Positions 27,446-35,271 of a stretch of DNA of 45,907 nt are shown here, piece after piece. The position numbers were made by a program, and so were the translations under genes. This DNA is from a virus. The stretch covers positions 1 to 45,907 of the IMG/VR virus record IMGVR_UViG_3300005336_000013. One strand, given 5' to 3'. The notes beneath the pieces are model-generated. The model ran no database searches, had not been told where the DNA came from, and saw only the letters and a list, made by a program, of their open reading frames with translations. Numbering within the stretch: position 1 is the first letter of the stretch; each line of letters begins with the position of its first letter.

Positions 27446-27679
27446 ATGGCAGACAAAGTCTCAGGACGAAGAGTTCGGGGAGCCAAGCTGGGAATGACCG
27501 TGCAGCCCAAGAAGCCGGGACCATTCGACAAGCTCGGCAAGATCATGGAGCAGGGAGCCGAGGAAGAGAACAAACTCGAGCTGCGTGGTCAGCGTCTGGC
27601 GGGTCGCGCAGCAGCCAAAGCACAGGGGAAGATCCCGAAGGCCAAGCCTGATTTCAGAAAGCGCGGAGTGAGGGCGTAG
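27446..27679 (+). CDS. Small basic protein
   Basis: 77-aa Lys/Arg/Gly-rich ORF that fits exactly between its neighbours. Confidence 0.4.
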   Translation: MADKVSGRRVRGAKLGMTVQPKKPGPFDKLGKIMEQGAEEENKLELRGQRLAGRAAAKAQGKIPKAKPDFRKRGVRA

Positions 27680-28798
27680 ATGTCGCAGGCCGGGGTTTAC
27701 TCAGAACTCAAAATGCCGTGGCTCTTCGCTCGGAAGCCAGAGTTACCCGAGGCCCCCCGTCAGGTCCACTGGATTCTTTCGGATCTCTGCAACCAGGACT
27801 GTTCGTTCTGTTCTTATCGTGTCTCGGGCAATCCCTCTAACGAGCTCTTTTCCGAGGGGGCGCGGCTCTCGGCCTATGGCCACGACAATCCTGTCCGCTG
27901 GGTCGATACCGATCGCGCGCTGCGGCTCGTGGACGAGATGGCATCCATTGGAGTGCGGGCTATTCAAGCGACCGGAGGAGGTGAACCCAGTTCGCACCCC
28001 GATCATGAGTTGATCTTTGAGAAAGTCGTGGATTCCGGGATGAAGTTGGCGCTTGTGTCGAATGGTTTCCGCTGGCGTGATCGACTCTTCCCTCTCATTC
28101 CGAGAATGGAATGGCTGCGCGTGAGCGTGGATGCCGGGACTGCGGCAACCTACTCCAAGATTCGACGCACACCCATGTCTGCCTTCACAAAGGTCCTGAC
28201 CAATATCGCCCACGCCAGAGAGATGATCTGGAACGCCTCATCTAAGACTACGCTTGGAGTCGGGTTCACTGTCACCCCTGACAACTGGATGGAAATCGTA
28301 GAAGGGTGCCAGATTGCCAAGGAATCAGGTGCCGACAACATTCGCATCAGTGCCATGTTTGGACCCGAAGACGAGCGCCCGTTTCTTCCGATCTATGATT
28401 CCATCAGGGCGCTCATCCTGAAAGCAAAGGGTCTGTACGAAGGCGACGGATTCACCGTCTACGATAACTTCGGATCGCGCCTTGACGATTTGAAACAGCA
28501 CAATCCGGACTACAACTTTTGCCCCTACCAGTTTTTTACAACCTACCTTGGGGGAAATCTCCAGATTTTTAGGTGCTGCGTGCTCTCGTATTCTCGCAAA
28601 GGGATGGTGGCTGGAGGAGATCTCACCCACAAGCGTTTTGATGACTTCTGGCGCTCAGAGGAGCGAAAGCGCGACCTGGAGTCTCTAGATCCACGAGGCT
28701 GCCCAAAATGCATGTTCAACGGCAAGAACAGGGCAATGCTCTACGTGATGGGCAACACGGAGTCCGACACAGCGCCACGTCACATGGATTTCCCCTGA
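27680..28798 (+). CDS. Radical SAM enzyme with a Cys-containing C-terminal (twitch/SPASM-like) region
   Basis: 372 aa. SDLCNQDCSFCSYR gives the CxxxCxxC motif and IQATGGGEPSSHPD the GGE SAM-binding motif. C-terminal Cys residues lie in FCPY, RCCV and GCPKC. Confidence 0.8.
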   Translation: MSQAGVYSELKMPWLFARKPELPEAPRQVHWILSDLCNQDCSFCSYRVSGNPSNELFSEGARLSAYGHDNPVRWVDTDRALRLVDEMASIGVRAIQATGGGEPSSHPDHELIFEKVVDSGMKLALVSNGFRWRDRLFPLIPRMEWLRVSVDAGTAATYSKIRRTPMSAFTKVLTNIAHAREMIWNASSKTTLGVGFTVTPDNWMEIVEGCQIAKESGADNIRISAMFGPEDERPFLPIYDSIRALILKAKGLYEGDGFTVYDNFGSRLDDLKQHNPDYNFCPYQFFTTYLGGNLQIFRCCVLSYSRKGMVAGGDLTHKRFDDFWRSEERKRDLESLDPRGCPKCMFNGKNRAMLYVMGNTESDTAPRHMDFP

Positions 28799-29433
28799 TG
28801 AAGTTCTGCAAGAAGTGTTCAACCGATAAGGCAGAATCAGAGTTCTATTTCGATTCTTGCAAGCAGCGCCTGTATTCCTACTGCAAGGCCTGCCATCTCT
28901 CCTTGACATCCGATTGGGCTGGTCGCAACAAGGCTGTAATAGCCGAGAGTGCGAGAAAGAGATATCGCACCAATCCAGAGCGCTTCAAGGAGCAATCGGC
29001 AGAATGGCGAAAGTCGCATAGGGCGATCTTCCTGAAGAAGAATCGCTATCAGTGGTACAAGCGATGGCATCATTGCGTTGAGGGTCTCGGAGGAAAATGC
29101 GCCTGTTGCGGCGAATCCAGATTAACGATGCTGGAGATCGACCATGTCGGCGGAAAGGGGAACATTCATCGAAAAGCAACTGGCGGATCAGTGGGCACCT
29201 ACAATGAAATCATCGCACTAGGCTTTCCGAGGGACAGGTTCCAGGTCCTATGCTGCAACTGCAACAAGAGCAAGATGCGAAATGCCGGGTTCTGCGAGCA
29301 CGAGACCGGGCCGGTGGCCAAGGACGGAGCGCTACTGTCCAGGGAATCAGAGATTCAGCTTCCCCTGATAGTCCCCGAGTCCCGCTTCGATCGTTTCAAG
29401 CGCCGTTTCGACGCCTCTATCGGCATCGCATGA
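28798..29433 (+). CDS. HNH endonuclease with N-terminal Zn-ribbon (paralog of 13965..14495)
   Basis: LGGKCACCGESRLTMLEIDHVGGKGNIHRK...VLCCNCNKSKMRNAGFCEHE. TGATG overlap with the radical SAM gene stop. Confidence 0.85.
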   Translation: MKFCKKCSTDKAESEFYFDSCKQRLYSYCKACHLSLTSDWAGRNKAVIAESARKRYRTNPERFKEQSAEWRKSHRAIFLKKNRYQWYKRWHHCVEGLGGKCACCGESRLTMLEIDHVGGKGNIHRKATGGSVGTYNEIIALGFPRDRFQVLCCNCNKSKMRNAGFCEHETGPVAKDGALLSRESEIQLPLIVPESRFDRFKRRFDASIGIA

Positions 29434-29660
29434 CCTACCACGTCCGTCTGATCCTGCACGAGGCTGACAGCACTCCCTGCTGCGATGTGGATAATCCCAT
29501 GGAGACCGAGGTGTCGCTGGTCTGGCTCTATAAGCCAGGGATGGCAATCATGATGGACAACGGTCCGTTCCCTTGCCGGCATGGCAAGCCGGCTGTGATA
29601 CGAACCTGCACGCTGGAGGTGCCGACGAATGAGCAAGTGCGACCAGCACCGCAGTTTTGA
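29430..29660 (+). CDS. Hypothetical small protein
   Basis: 76 aa from ATG 29430, which forms an ATGA overlap with the HNH stop. Confidence 0.4.
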   Translation: MTYHVRLILHEADSTPCCDVDNPMETEVSLVWLYKPGMAIMMDNGPFPCRHGKPAVIRTCTLEVPTNEQVRPAPQF

Positions 29661-29859
29661 TGGGCGGGACCACCACGAGTGGGGAAGCTGGGAATCGAAG
29701 GAGGAGGGCGGGTTCATCATCTACACCCGGGGCGCCCGGGTGGGCCATCTCGAGCCGTTCTCCAGACGCTGGCAGGAGCGCAAGTGCGCCGAATGTGGCT
29801 TCGTGGACGCTTCAGCGATCCTGGGGAGCGTCGACATCCTTGGGCTGGTGCCACGATGA
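29629..29859 (+). CDS. Hypothetical small protein
   Basis: 76 aa. GGAGG lies 9 nt upstream of the start. ATGA overlap with the next gene. Contains one CAEC pair. Confidence 0.45.
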   Translation: MSKCDQHRSFDGRDHHEWGSWESKEEGGFIIYTRGARVGHLEPFSRRWQERKCAECGFVDASAILGSVDILGLVPR

Positions 29860-30701
29860 AACTGACCGCGTGCCTGACGATCAACAACCGAACGCCTGAA
29901 GTCTGCGGGAAGGTCGCTGACTCTCTCCTGCTGCCCGGGAACCTGCCAGACGAGCTCGTGGTCGTGCTGGACCGCTGTACCCCGGAGGTGAAAGACGGGG
30001 CCCATGCCGCCTATGACCAGCTGGATTGTCCCGTGCGCTGGATCACCATCCCCGGGGAGCCTGGCTGGCGCTCGCCGGTGAAGGCATGGAACCTGGCCTT
30101 TCTGGCAGCCACCGGTGACGTGCTCTACTGCTTCTCGAGCGAGACGGTGCAGGAAGCTGGGAACCTCATCAGGGTGAGACAGCAAATGCAGGACGAACAC
30201 TACGGGTACTTCGATGGCTGGGCTGGCGATGGCCCGCGTCCGGAGTTTGGTAGTCACTGCGAGGTCTCCGTCTACCACGGCTCCGTCTCCTGCTCCTGCG
30301 GTCCTTACGGCCAAGAGGTCAACTGGAACGGCTCAGCGCCCGGAAACCTGTTCTGTGATGCCGCTCACCCGCGGCCCCTGGGCTTCATCTGGGCCGCTCC
30401 CCGCTCTGCCGTGAGCGCCATAGGCGGGTACGATGAGGAGTTCGCGAAGGGCTTCTGGTACGACGACAATGACTTCTTCTATCGCCTCTGGAAGCAGGGC
30501 CTGGACTTCGTGTTCGACGACTCCATCTCGGGGACCCACCTGCACCATGCCAGGCAGACACTCGAGACTGAGGAAGGGCGTTGGGGAATCGCCAAGAATC
30601 AGCAGACCATGCTGGCCAAGTATGGCTGCGTGAATCCGCTGGAGACTGAGATGATCAGGGAGGAACGCAAACCCGGCAGGACTATCTGGAGGCACCCGTG
30701 A
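29856..30701 (+). CDS. Glycosyltransferase family 2-like (GT-A)
   Basis: 281 aa. LTACLTINNRTPEV...ELVVVLDRCTPEV...AWNLAFLAATGDVLYCFSSE...GGYDEEFAKGFWYDDNDFFYRLWKQGLDF follows the GT2 layout. Confidence 0.6.
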   Translation: MKLTACLTINNRTPEVCGKVADSLLLPGNLPDELVVVLDRCTPEVKDGAHAAYDQLDCPVRWITIPGEPGWRSPVKAWNLAFLAATGDVLYCFSSETVQEAGNLIRVRQQMQDEHYGYFDGWAGDGPRPEFGSHCEVSVYHGSVSCSCGPYGQEVNWNGSAPGNLFCDAAHPRPLGFIWAAPRSAVSAIGGYDEEFAKGFWYDDNDFFYRLWKQGLDFVFDDSISGTHLHHARQTLETEEGRWGIAKNQQTMLAKYGCVNPLETEMIREERKPGRTIWRHP

Positions 30702-30916
30702 AGAAAAAGAAGACCGAGAAGACCGAAGCAGAGCCGTTCCCCAGGCACCTTCCCGACAAAGCCATGGAGGACGAGCAGTGGAAGGACCGCATGGGCACTG
30801 CCATGCACGCCGCTGTCAACGAAGCCCTGCGGGGGATGGAGCCGACCGCCAATGGCCGTGCCGTGTACTGGGGCGGGGACAGGCTCAAGGCCATGCTATT
30901 CATCGCGCGCCGGTAG
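30698..30916 (+). CDS. Hypothetical protein
   Basis: 72 aa. GTG start forms a GTGA overlap with the upstream stop. Confidence 0.4.
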   Translation: MKKKKTEKTEAEPFPRHLPDKAMEDEQWKDRMGTAMHAAVNEALRGMEPTANGRAVYWGGDRLKAMLFIARR

Positions 30917-30925
30917 GAGGCACCC

Positions 30926-31384
30926 ATGAAGAAATTCTCCAAGGAAGACCTGATCCGCCTCGCTGAGAAGGTGAGAGCGCAGAACACCCCGCGATGGGTC
31001 CAGGAGATCGAGGATAGCGCAAAGAAGTACGGAGCCGGCTTCACCGGCGATGCCACGATTGATGAACTACCTGCCATTGAGAAAGAGAGCCAGGAGGGAC
31101 TGCGAATCGGGAAGTACGGGAACCTGCCCAGCCCCGAAGGAGAGACGCCCACCTTCGCTGTGGCGACTGGCACGAAGGTGTCCAGCTATACCGGATTCCG
31201 TTTCACCGAGGCACCCTCACTCTTCGAGTCTCACCGACCAAAGCAGTCCACTCTGCTCGACTGGGAATGGGCCACCGTTCCCTGGTACGCCCGCCTGCTG
31301 GGCCTCCTACGTCTCCCCTACGACCTCCTGAAGTTCATCGTCACCGGCCGCCTCATCGTCATCCCCTGGCCCTGGAGGTGGTGA
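30926..31384 (+). CDS. Hypothetical protein with a Trp/Leu-rich hydrophobic C-terminus
   Basis: 152 aa. AGGAGG lies 5 nt upstream of the start. C-terminal WYARLLGLLRLPYDLLKFIVTGRLIVIPWPWRW. Confidence 0.5.
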   Translation: MKKFSKEDLIRLAEKVRAQNTPRWVQEIEDSAKKYGAGFTGDATIDELPAIEKESQEGLRIGKYGNLPSPEGETPTFAVATGTKVSSYTGFRFTEAPSLFESHRPKQSTLLDWEWATVPWYARLLGLLRLPYDLLKFIVTGRLIVIPWPWRW

Positions 31385-31385
31385 G

Positions 31386-31640
31386 GTGATGGACCGCCTT
31401 GTGAACTGGTTCCTGGCCCCCAGGAAAGCCGCCATGCAGGTCGAATTCGATCTCCTGGTGGCCGGGTCCAACTTCCACGAGAGAGTAGTCCGAGCCAAGT
31501 TCATCCGAGAGCTCGCCCCGGTGGTCGGCCTGGACCTGTCCCGTCTGACCAAGCCCCTGGAGTCCTACCACATCCGAACCCTGAACATCCTGGTCACTGA
31601 AATCATCAAGCGCGTCGAGGACGCCAAGGATTCAGAATGA
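31386..31640 (+). CDS. Hypothetical protein
   Basis: 84-aa ORF starting at GTG 31386 or ATG 31389. Overlaps the next start by 4 nt. Confidence 0.45.
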   Translation: MMDRLVNWFLAPRKAAMQVEFDLLVAGSNFHERVVRAKFIRELAPVVGLDLSRLTKPLESYHIRTLNILVTEIIKRVEDAKDSE

Positions 31641-31864
31641 CCAAGAAGCCCAAGCCCCACCAGCTCACCGCCAAAGAATTCAACAAGGCCTACCTGGCAC
31701 TCAAGGAAGACTCCATCGTTGGCTGCCAGGTCCATGACTGTGGTAGACCGTTCCATGCCCTCCTGCCAGCCATAAATCGCTGGGTCTGCAAGAAGCATCT
31801 CGCCGAGTACTTGAGGCTCCCCTCCTGGCCCCTGCCAGGTCACCGGCCCAACCGTTCCACATGA
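31637..31864 (+). CDS. Hypothetical protein
   Basis: 75-aa ORF with ATGA overlaps at both ends. Confidence 0.45.
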   Translation: MTKKPKPHQLTAKEFNKAYLALKEDSIVGCQVHDCGRPFHALLPAINRWVCKKHLAEYLRLPSWPLPGHRPNRST

Positions 31865-32019
31865 AACAACTCCTCGGCTGCTCCCTATTCGGCCTCGGCC
31901 TCCTCCTGGCCTCCTTCTGCTTCCTCCTCTGGAGCCGCTCACTCGCATGGAGCGCAGGCCTCACCCTCGCCGGCTTCCTCCTCGCCTACCTCGGATATAA
32001 ACTCACCGAAGAGGAATGA
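31861..32019 (+). CDS. Small membrane protein (two hydrophobic segments)
   Basis: 52-aa ORF below the track cutoff: MKQLLGCSLFGLGLLLASFCFLLWSRSLAWSAGLTLAGFLLAYLGYKLTEEE. ATGA overlap with the upstream stop. Confidence 0.45.
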   Translation: MKQLLGCSLFGLGLLLASFCFLLWSRSLAWSAGLTLAGFLLAYLGYKLTEEE

Positions 32020-32020
32020 G

Positions 32021-32335
32021 ATGACCCTCGCCTACCACCTCCTGCCCCCACGCCGCATCTGGTGGTTCCTAACCGACTGGAAGACCCTCTGCATGTTCGA
32101 CTGGCCCTGCAGTCACTGCGGCCAGAACGTCCGACTCAACGGAGTAGGCTTCCATGCCATCTGGTTCGACCACCATGACCCCACCTGCAAGCAGTCCAAC
32201 TGGCTCAACTGGCCCAACCGCCACAAATGGCGCCGCTGCCTGAAATGCTTCCGACGTGACATGCACGTCCTCCTCGACTACATCGGTGCCCGCTGGGACT
32301 TCAGAAAGAAATGGAACTGGGGCATCGAAAAATGA
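32021..32335 (+). CDS. Trp- and Cys-rich hypothetical protein
   Basis: 104 aa with unusually many Trp residues plus CSHC and CLKC pairs. Confidence 0.45.
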   Translation: MTLAYHLLPPRRIWWFLTDWKTLCMFDWPCSHCGQNVRLNGVGFHAIWFDHHDPTCKQSNWLNWPNRHKWRRCLKCFRRDMHVLLDYIGARWDFRKKWNWGIEK

Positions 32336-32547
32336 AGCGCTCCTGTCAACGCTGTGGTCACGTCCCATCCGTCTCCCATATCTTTACCTCATCCGGTCTC
32401 CTGAACTACGCCTCCGTCATCCTCTGCCCCTCCTGCGCCAGAACCCTTTCCCACCAGATCCGCTCCTTCCTCTCCGACCTCGGCTCCCCTCAACCAAAAG
32501 GCCCCAAAGTACCCAAATTAAGGGTCATTTCCTATGACGAAGAGTAA
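32332..32547 (+). CDS. Small Zn-ribbon protein
   Basis: 71 aa from ATG 32332 (ATGA overlap). Contains CQRC and CPSC pairs. Confidence 0.45.
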   Translation: MKRSCQRCGHVPSVSHIFTSSGLLNYASVILCPSCARTLSHQIRSFLSDLGSPQPKGPKVPKLRVISYDEE

Positions 32548-32622
32548 CCAATCTGGTTGACAAAACACTTATTGCCCAAAACCCGAACCCCTTCATTCTT
32601 CACCAATTCCCCAAATCTGCTC

Positions 32623-32650
32623 TTGACATACTCATACCGACTGCTCTAAA
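32623..32650 (+). promoter_or_regulatory. Promoter-like element (weak -10)
   Basis: TTGACA (32623-32628), 16-nt spacer, TCTAAA (32645-32650). Further TTGACA hexamers occur at 32557 and 32807 without convincing -10 boxes. Confidence 0.25.
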
Positions 32651-32655
32651 GAGAG

Positions 32656-32880
32656 ATGAACACCTCTCTCCAAGTAGGTAAAGACCTCAGAAATTCTGCA
32701 GAAAATCTGACAGACAACTATCGAATCCGACAGCTCGCTCAGGGGGACACCCTCCCCACCGTCTGGGTGGCCCTCGCTGTCACCTCTGCCAATCTATTGA
32801 CACTCACAGATATGTCATTGATTCCATTACACTTCCAGACATACATGAAGGGATATGTACCAGGGGAGATGCATCAATAA
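32656..32880 (+). CDS. Orphan ORF in the AT-richer island (doubtful)
   Basis: 74-aa ATG ORF with atypical composition for this genome. No motif recognised. Confidence 0.25.
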   Translation: MNTSLQVGKDLRNSAENLTDNYRIRQLAQGDTLPTVWVALAVTSANLLTLTDMSLIPLHFQTYMKGYVPGEMHQ

Positions 32881-33104
32881 CTCTTGCTGCTGTGCATCGG
32901 ATCGGCCCAAGTGCATGACACTGCGATAGATATAGGAATCTTCGCTGGGTTACAGAATATCCCTTACGGGACTACGCGATAGTCGTATATTGTCAACTGT
33001 GCCTGCTGTGGGCTCGGTCAGATATCCGCCTTCGGCAGCGACTGTAGGCTCTGTCTACTCACTCTGATACAGCCATCAAACAGTATTTACTCAAGGAGTT
33101 ATCT

Positions 33105-33587
33105 GTGTCTGGTCGTCCAATGATAGATCCTAAGAAGGCTTTGGATATGCGTCTTGCTGGCTGTTCGAACATGGTGATAGCTGAGGCCTTTGAAGTGAGC
33201 AAGGCAGCGGTGACGCATCACTTCAAGCGCAAGGTGCGGAGGCGGAACAAGGTTCGAAGACCGCGTAAATGTCTGTGTGGGTGTGGGGTTTTGACGCAGC
33301 GGCGAAAGTACGCATCGCGGGAATGCTATTTCCGGTATGTGTGCAAGAGGCCGTATGTGTCGTGGAGGCAGGGTCAGAGGATAGCGCGAGTACTGGTGAG
33401 TCAGCATTTCGAGTTGAGGCCTGGAAACGTGGTTCACCATGTAGACGGCGACAACCGGAACAACGCCTTGGGGAATCTGTGGGTTTTCGAGTGTCACGCG
33501 GATCACATGAGCCACCATCGCGGGGGATTACGAAAGCCGATATGGAAAGGCTCGGACTGTCAAGTCTTTGTCGCTGATTCTCCTTGA
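33105..33587 (+). CDS. HNH endonuclease with N-terminal HTH
   Basis: GNVVHHVDGDNRNNALGNLWVFECHADHMSHH gives the HNH core. N-terminal LAGCSNMVIAEAFEVSKAAVTHHFKR is HTH-like. Starts at GTG 33105 or ATG 33120. Confidence 0.8.
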   Translation: MSGRPMIDPKKALDMRLAGCSNMVIAEAFEVSKAAVTHHFKRKVRRRNKVRRPRKCLCGCGVLTQRRKYASRECYFRYVCKRPYVSWRQGQRIARVLVSQHFELRPGNVVHHVDGDNRNNALGNLWVFECHADHMSHHRGGLRKPIWKGSDCQVFVADSP

Positions 33588-33844
33588 CGGGATGGTAAAC
33601 GCTCTTATATTCCACTGTGTAGTTGAGACCGCGGTAGGCGGCACCTACCAACCCAGCCTTGCGAGTGTCACAAAATGCCGGGGAATCAGGAATCCTCCCC
33701 GCGTGTCGTGGCGGAGTGTTGGACGTGTGGCGCAGCAAGTAAACATCCGCGTATTCCGCGCCGATTCTATTCAGAATCCACCATGCTTGAATTTTGCCGC
33801 GCCGCAGGCCACGACGTTCGCGAGGTAGGTGAAAGGGGGAGCAA

Positions 33845-34075
33845 ATGAGCCACCAAGCGAAGCATGGGTGGCCGTGCGGCTGCCAATCTGAGGTAGGTCC
33901 GAATGGAGAGTTTTACGAACACTGTCCGCTTCATGCCGCCGCACCGGAGATGCTTGAGGCGCTTGAGGCCGTAATCACATCGTGGCACGCCAAGGACGCC
34001 AACCGCCTAAAGCGGGAGCCTGAATGGCTTAAGCAAGTCCGCACCGCCGTCGCCAAAGCGAAGGGGCAGAAATGA
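33845..34075 (+). CDS. Hypothetical protein
   Basis: 76-aa ORF with GGGGGAG upstream of the start. Overlaps the next start by 4 nt. Confidence 0.45.
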   Translation: MSHQAKHGWPCGCQSEVGPNGEFYEHCPLHAAAPEMLEALEAVITSWHAKDANRLKREPEWLKQVRTAVAKAKGQK

Positions 34076-34260
34076 GCCTTCTCTGGACAGACACGCAGCG
34101 CAGCAATAACCCCTCGTGGCTGGCCCCGGTGGTCCTTGGGTTGCTCTTCGGCCTTGCGGTGATAGGAATCACAGGAGCGGCGGAGAGGCCCGTGTGGGAC
34201 GTTCTGACGGGTTCCTATGGGCTGCAGGAAGTGAGCAGCCCGGAAAGGATGGACTACTGA
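34072..34260 (+). CDS. Small membrane protein (one hydrophobic segment)
   Basis: 62 aa. WLAPVVLGLLFGLAVIGITGAA is a transmembrane-like segment. Confidence 0.45.
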   Translation: MSLLWTDTQRSNNPSWLAPVVLGLLFGLAVIGITGAAERPVWDVLTGSYGLQEVSSPERMDY

Positions 34261-34454
34261 TGGTCAGCGTTATCTGTTATCGCTGTTCGGTGAGTTGTGA
34301 CCTGACTGAAGAGTCCAGAGCCATCGAGCAGGCGCATCGGCATGCTCGTGACTATGGCCATAACGTGGGCGTATACGCCACGGAGAGCCTCGGCGAAGGA
34401 ATGAAGCGGGAAGTCTTGGTAGTCGTGCTGAAGTCACGCGGGAGGGCAGCATGA
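34260..34454 (+). CDS. Hypothetical small protein
   Basis: 64 aa from ATG 34260 (TGATG overlap). Confidence 0.4.
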   Translation: MVSVICYRCSVSCDLTEESRAIEQAHRHARDYGHNVGVYATESLGEGMKREVLVVVLKSRGRAA

Positions 34455-34582
34455 GCGCAAATTGCCCCCATCCTCCGACAAGGCTCTATGCGTGGTACGC
34501 CTTGGATTGCAGGGAGCCCAATGGAAAGATCCTGGTGGTCTGTTGCTTGGCTTGCAAATCTGTCCTTCGCGGCGGTTGCTAG
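34451..34582 (+). CDS. Small Cys-rich protein
   Basis: 43-aa ORF below the track cutoff: MSANCPHPPTRLYAWYALDCREPNGKILVVCCLACKSVLRGGC. ATGA overlap with the upstream stop. Confidence 0.35.
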   Translation: MSANCPHPPTRLYAWYALDCREPNGKILVVCCLACKSVLRGGC

Positions 34583-34672
34583 GCCATCCCAGGTTTTGAG
34601 CTTTCCCCTCTGACCTGGGGTCGGGGGTCCGGGTTTGAGAGGGTTGCCCGGGCCCCTTTTCACGGAGGAAGC

Positions 34673-34894
34673 ATGACTGAATCTACTGCACCGCTACCGG
34701 CAGGGATCTCGTCTCAGCATGTCATGGAGGGGGAGTGCTATTGCTGGTTCCGCCTCTACTGCTTCGGCTGTGGTCACTTCTTTGCGTGGGCTGCCGGTCA
34801 TGGCGAGACCCTGCCGAAGAACTGTCCAGGGTGCGCCAACATCGCTGCGGGGGTACTGGACAGCAGGCGGGAGGGTCAGCACGACCCCACGTAA
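34673..34894 (+). CDS. Small Cys-rich (Zn-ribbon-like) protein; last gene of the plus-strand block
   Basis: 73 aa with CYC, CFGC and CPGC. GGAGGAAGC precedes the ATG. Its 3' end overlaps the convergent gene 34876..35271. Confidence 0.45.
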   Translation: MTESTAPLPAGISSQHVMEGECYCWFRLYCFGCGHFFAWAAGHGETLPKNCPGCANIAAGVLDSRREGQHDPT

Positions 34895-35271
34895 GCTGAC
34901 AGCGGAGCTTGCGCCTTCTGGCCAGTCTCGAAATCCTGAAGCGTGATCTCCTGAATTCTGGGCTCCCAATGCTTCGCCTTCCCCCGAGGGCCACGCTTGG
35001 ACCATGAGATCACCTGAATGCGATTCCCGCAAGAGAGCCAAAGGCGAGCAATCGACAACTCGAGAATTTTAGACACTCGCGCCGAGTGATTGGTCCCGCT
35101 GGTACACTGGACAGCAAGCGTGGCACATCCCGAGCGCAGCGCAAGGACATCGACAAACCCGAAGAGATCTTGGCGAATTCTGCAATGAGGATTCCAATGC
35201 TCTGTGATTCCAACGGCCCATCCATCCGACCGCAACCGCGCCAAGGTTCTTTGAGTCGGGCTGGATGGCAT
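34876..35271 (-). CDS. PD-(D/E)xK-type nuclease, possible Holliday-junction resolvase
   Basis: 131 aa. TLARLRSDGWAVGITEHW....RQDLFGFVDVLALRSGCATLAVQCTSG resembles the archaeal-Hjc-like E...D...(E/Q)xK layout. Confidence 0.4.
   Translation of the reverse strand: MPSSPTQRTLARLRSDGWAVGITEHWNPHCRIRQDLFGFVDVLALRSGCATLAVQCTSGTNHSARVSKILELSIARLWLSCGNRIQVISWSKRGPRGKAKHWEPRIQEITLQDFETGQKAQAPLSAYVGSC

Larger units (their letters stand above)
32548..33844. mobile_element. Compositionally distinct island: AT-richer spacers, an orphan ORF and a free-standing HNH gene (possible homing-endonuclease cassette)
   Basis: Hand counts give 26/60 G+C for 32641-32700 and 24/60 for 32821-32880, against 40/60 for 23701-23760. 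Two non-coding stretches of about 220-260 nt flank the HNH gene, unlike the tightly packed rest of the operon. Confidence 0.3.

Noticed and set aside
32971-32990. Minus-strand ATATACGACTATCGCGTAGT resembling the core of a T7-type promoter (ATACGACT...)
   Set aside because: Only the ATACGACT octamer matches. No single-subunit RNA polymerase-sized gene exists in the genome, so the match is most likely chance.
33223-33840. Long open minus-strand frame (171-aa track ORF plus upstream extension) antisense to the HNH gene and the following spacer
   Set aside because: Its 3' two-thirds is the shadow of a gene with an unambiguous HNH motif on the plus strand. The remainder has no start codon or recognisable motif. 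I considered a GIY-YIG remnant but could not support it.
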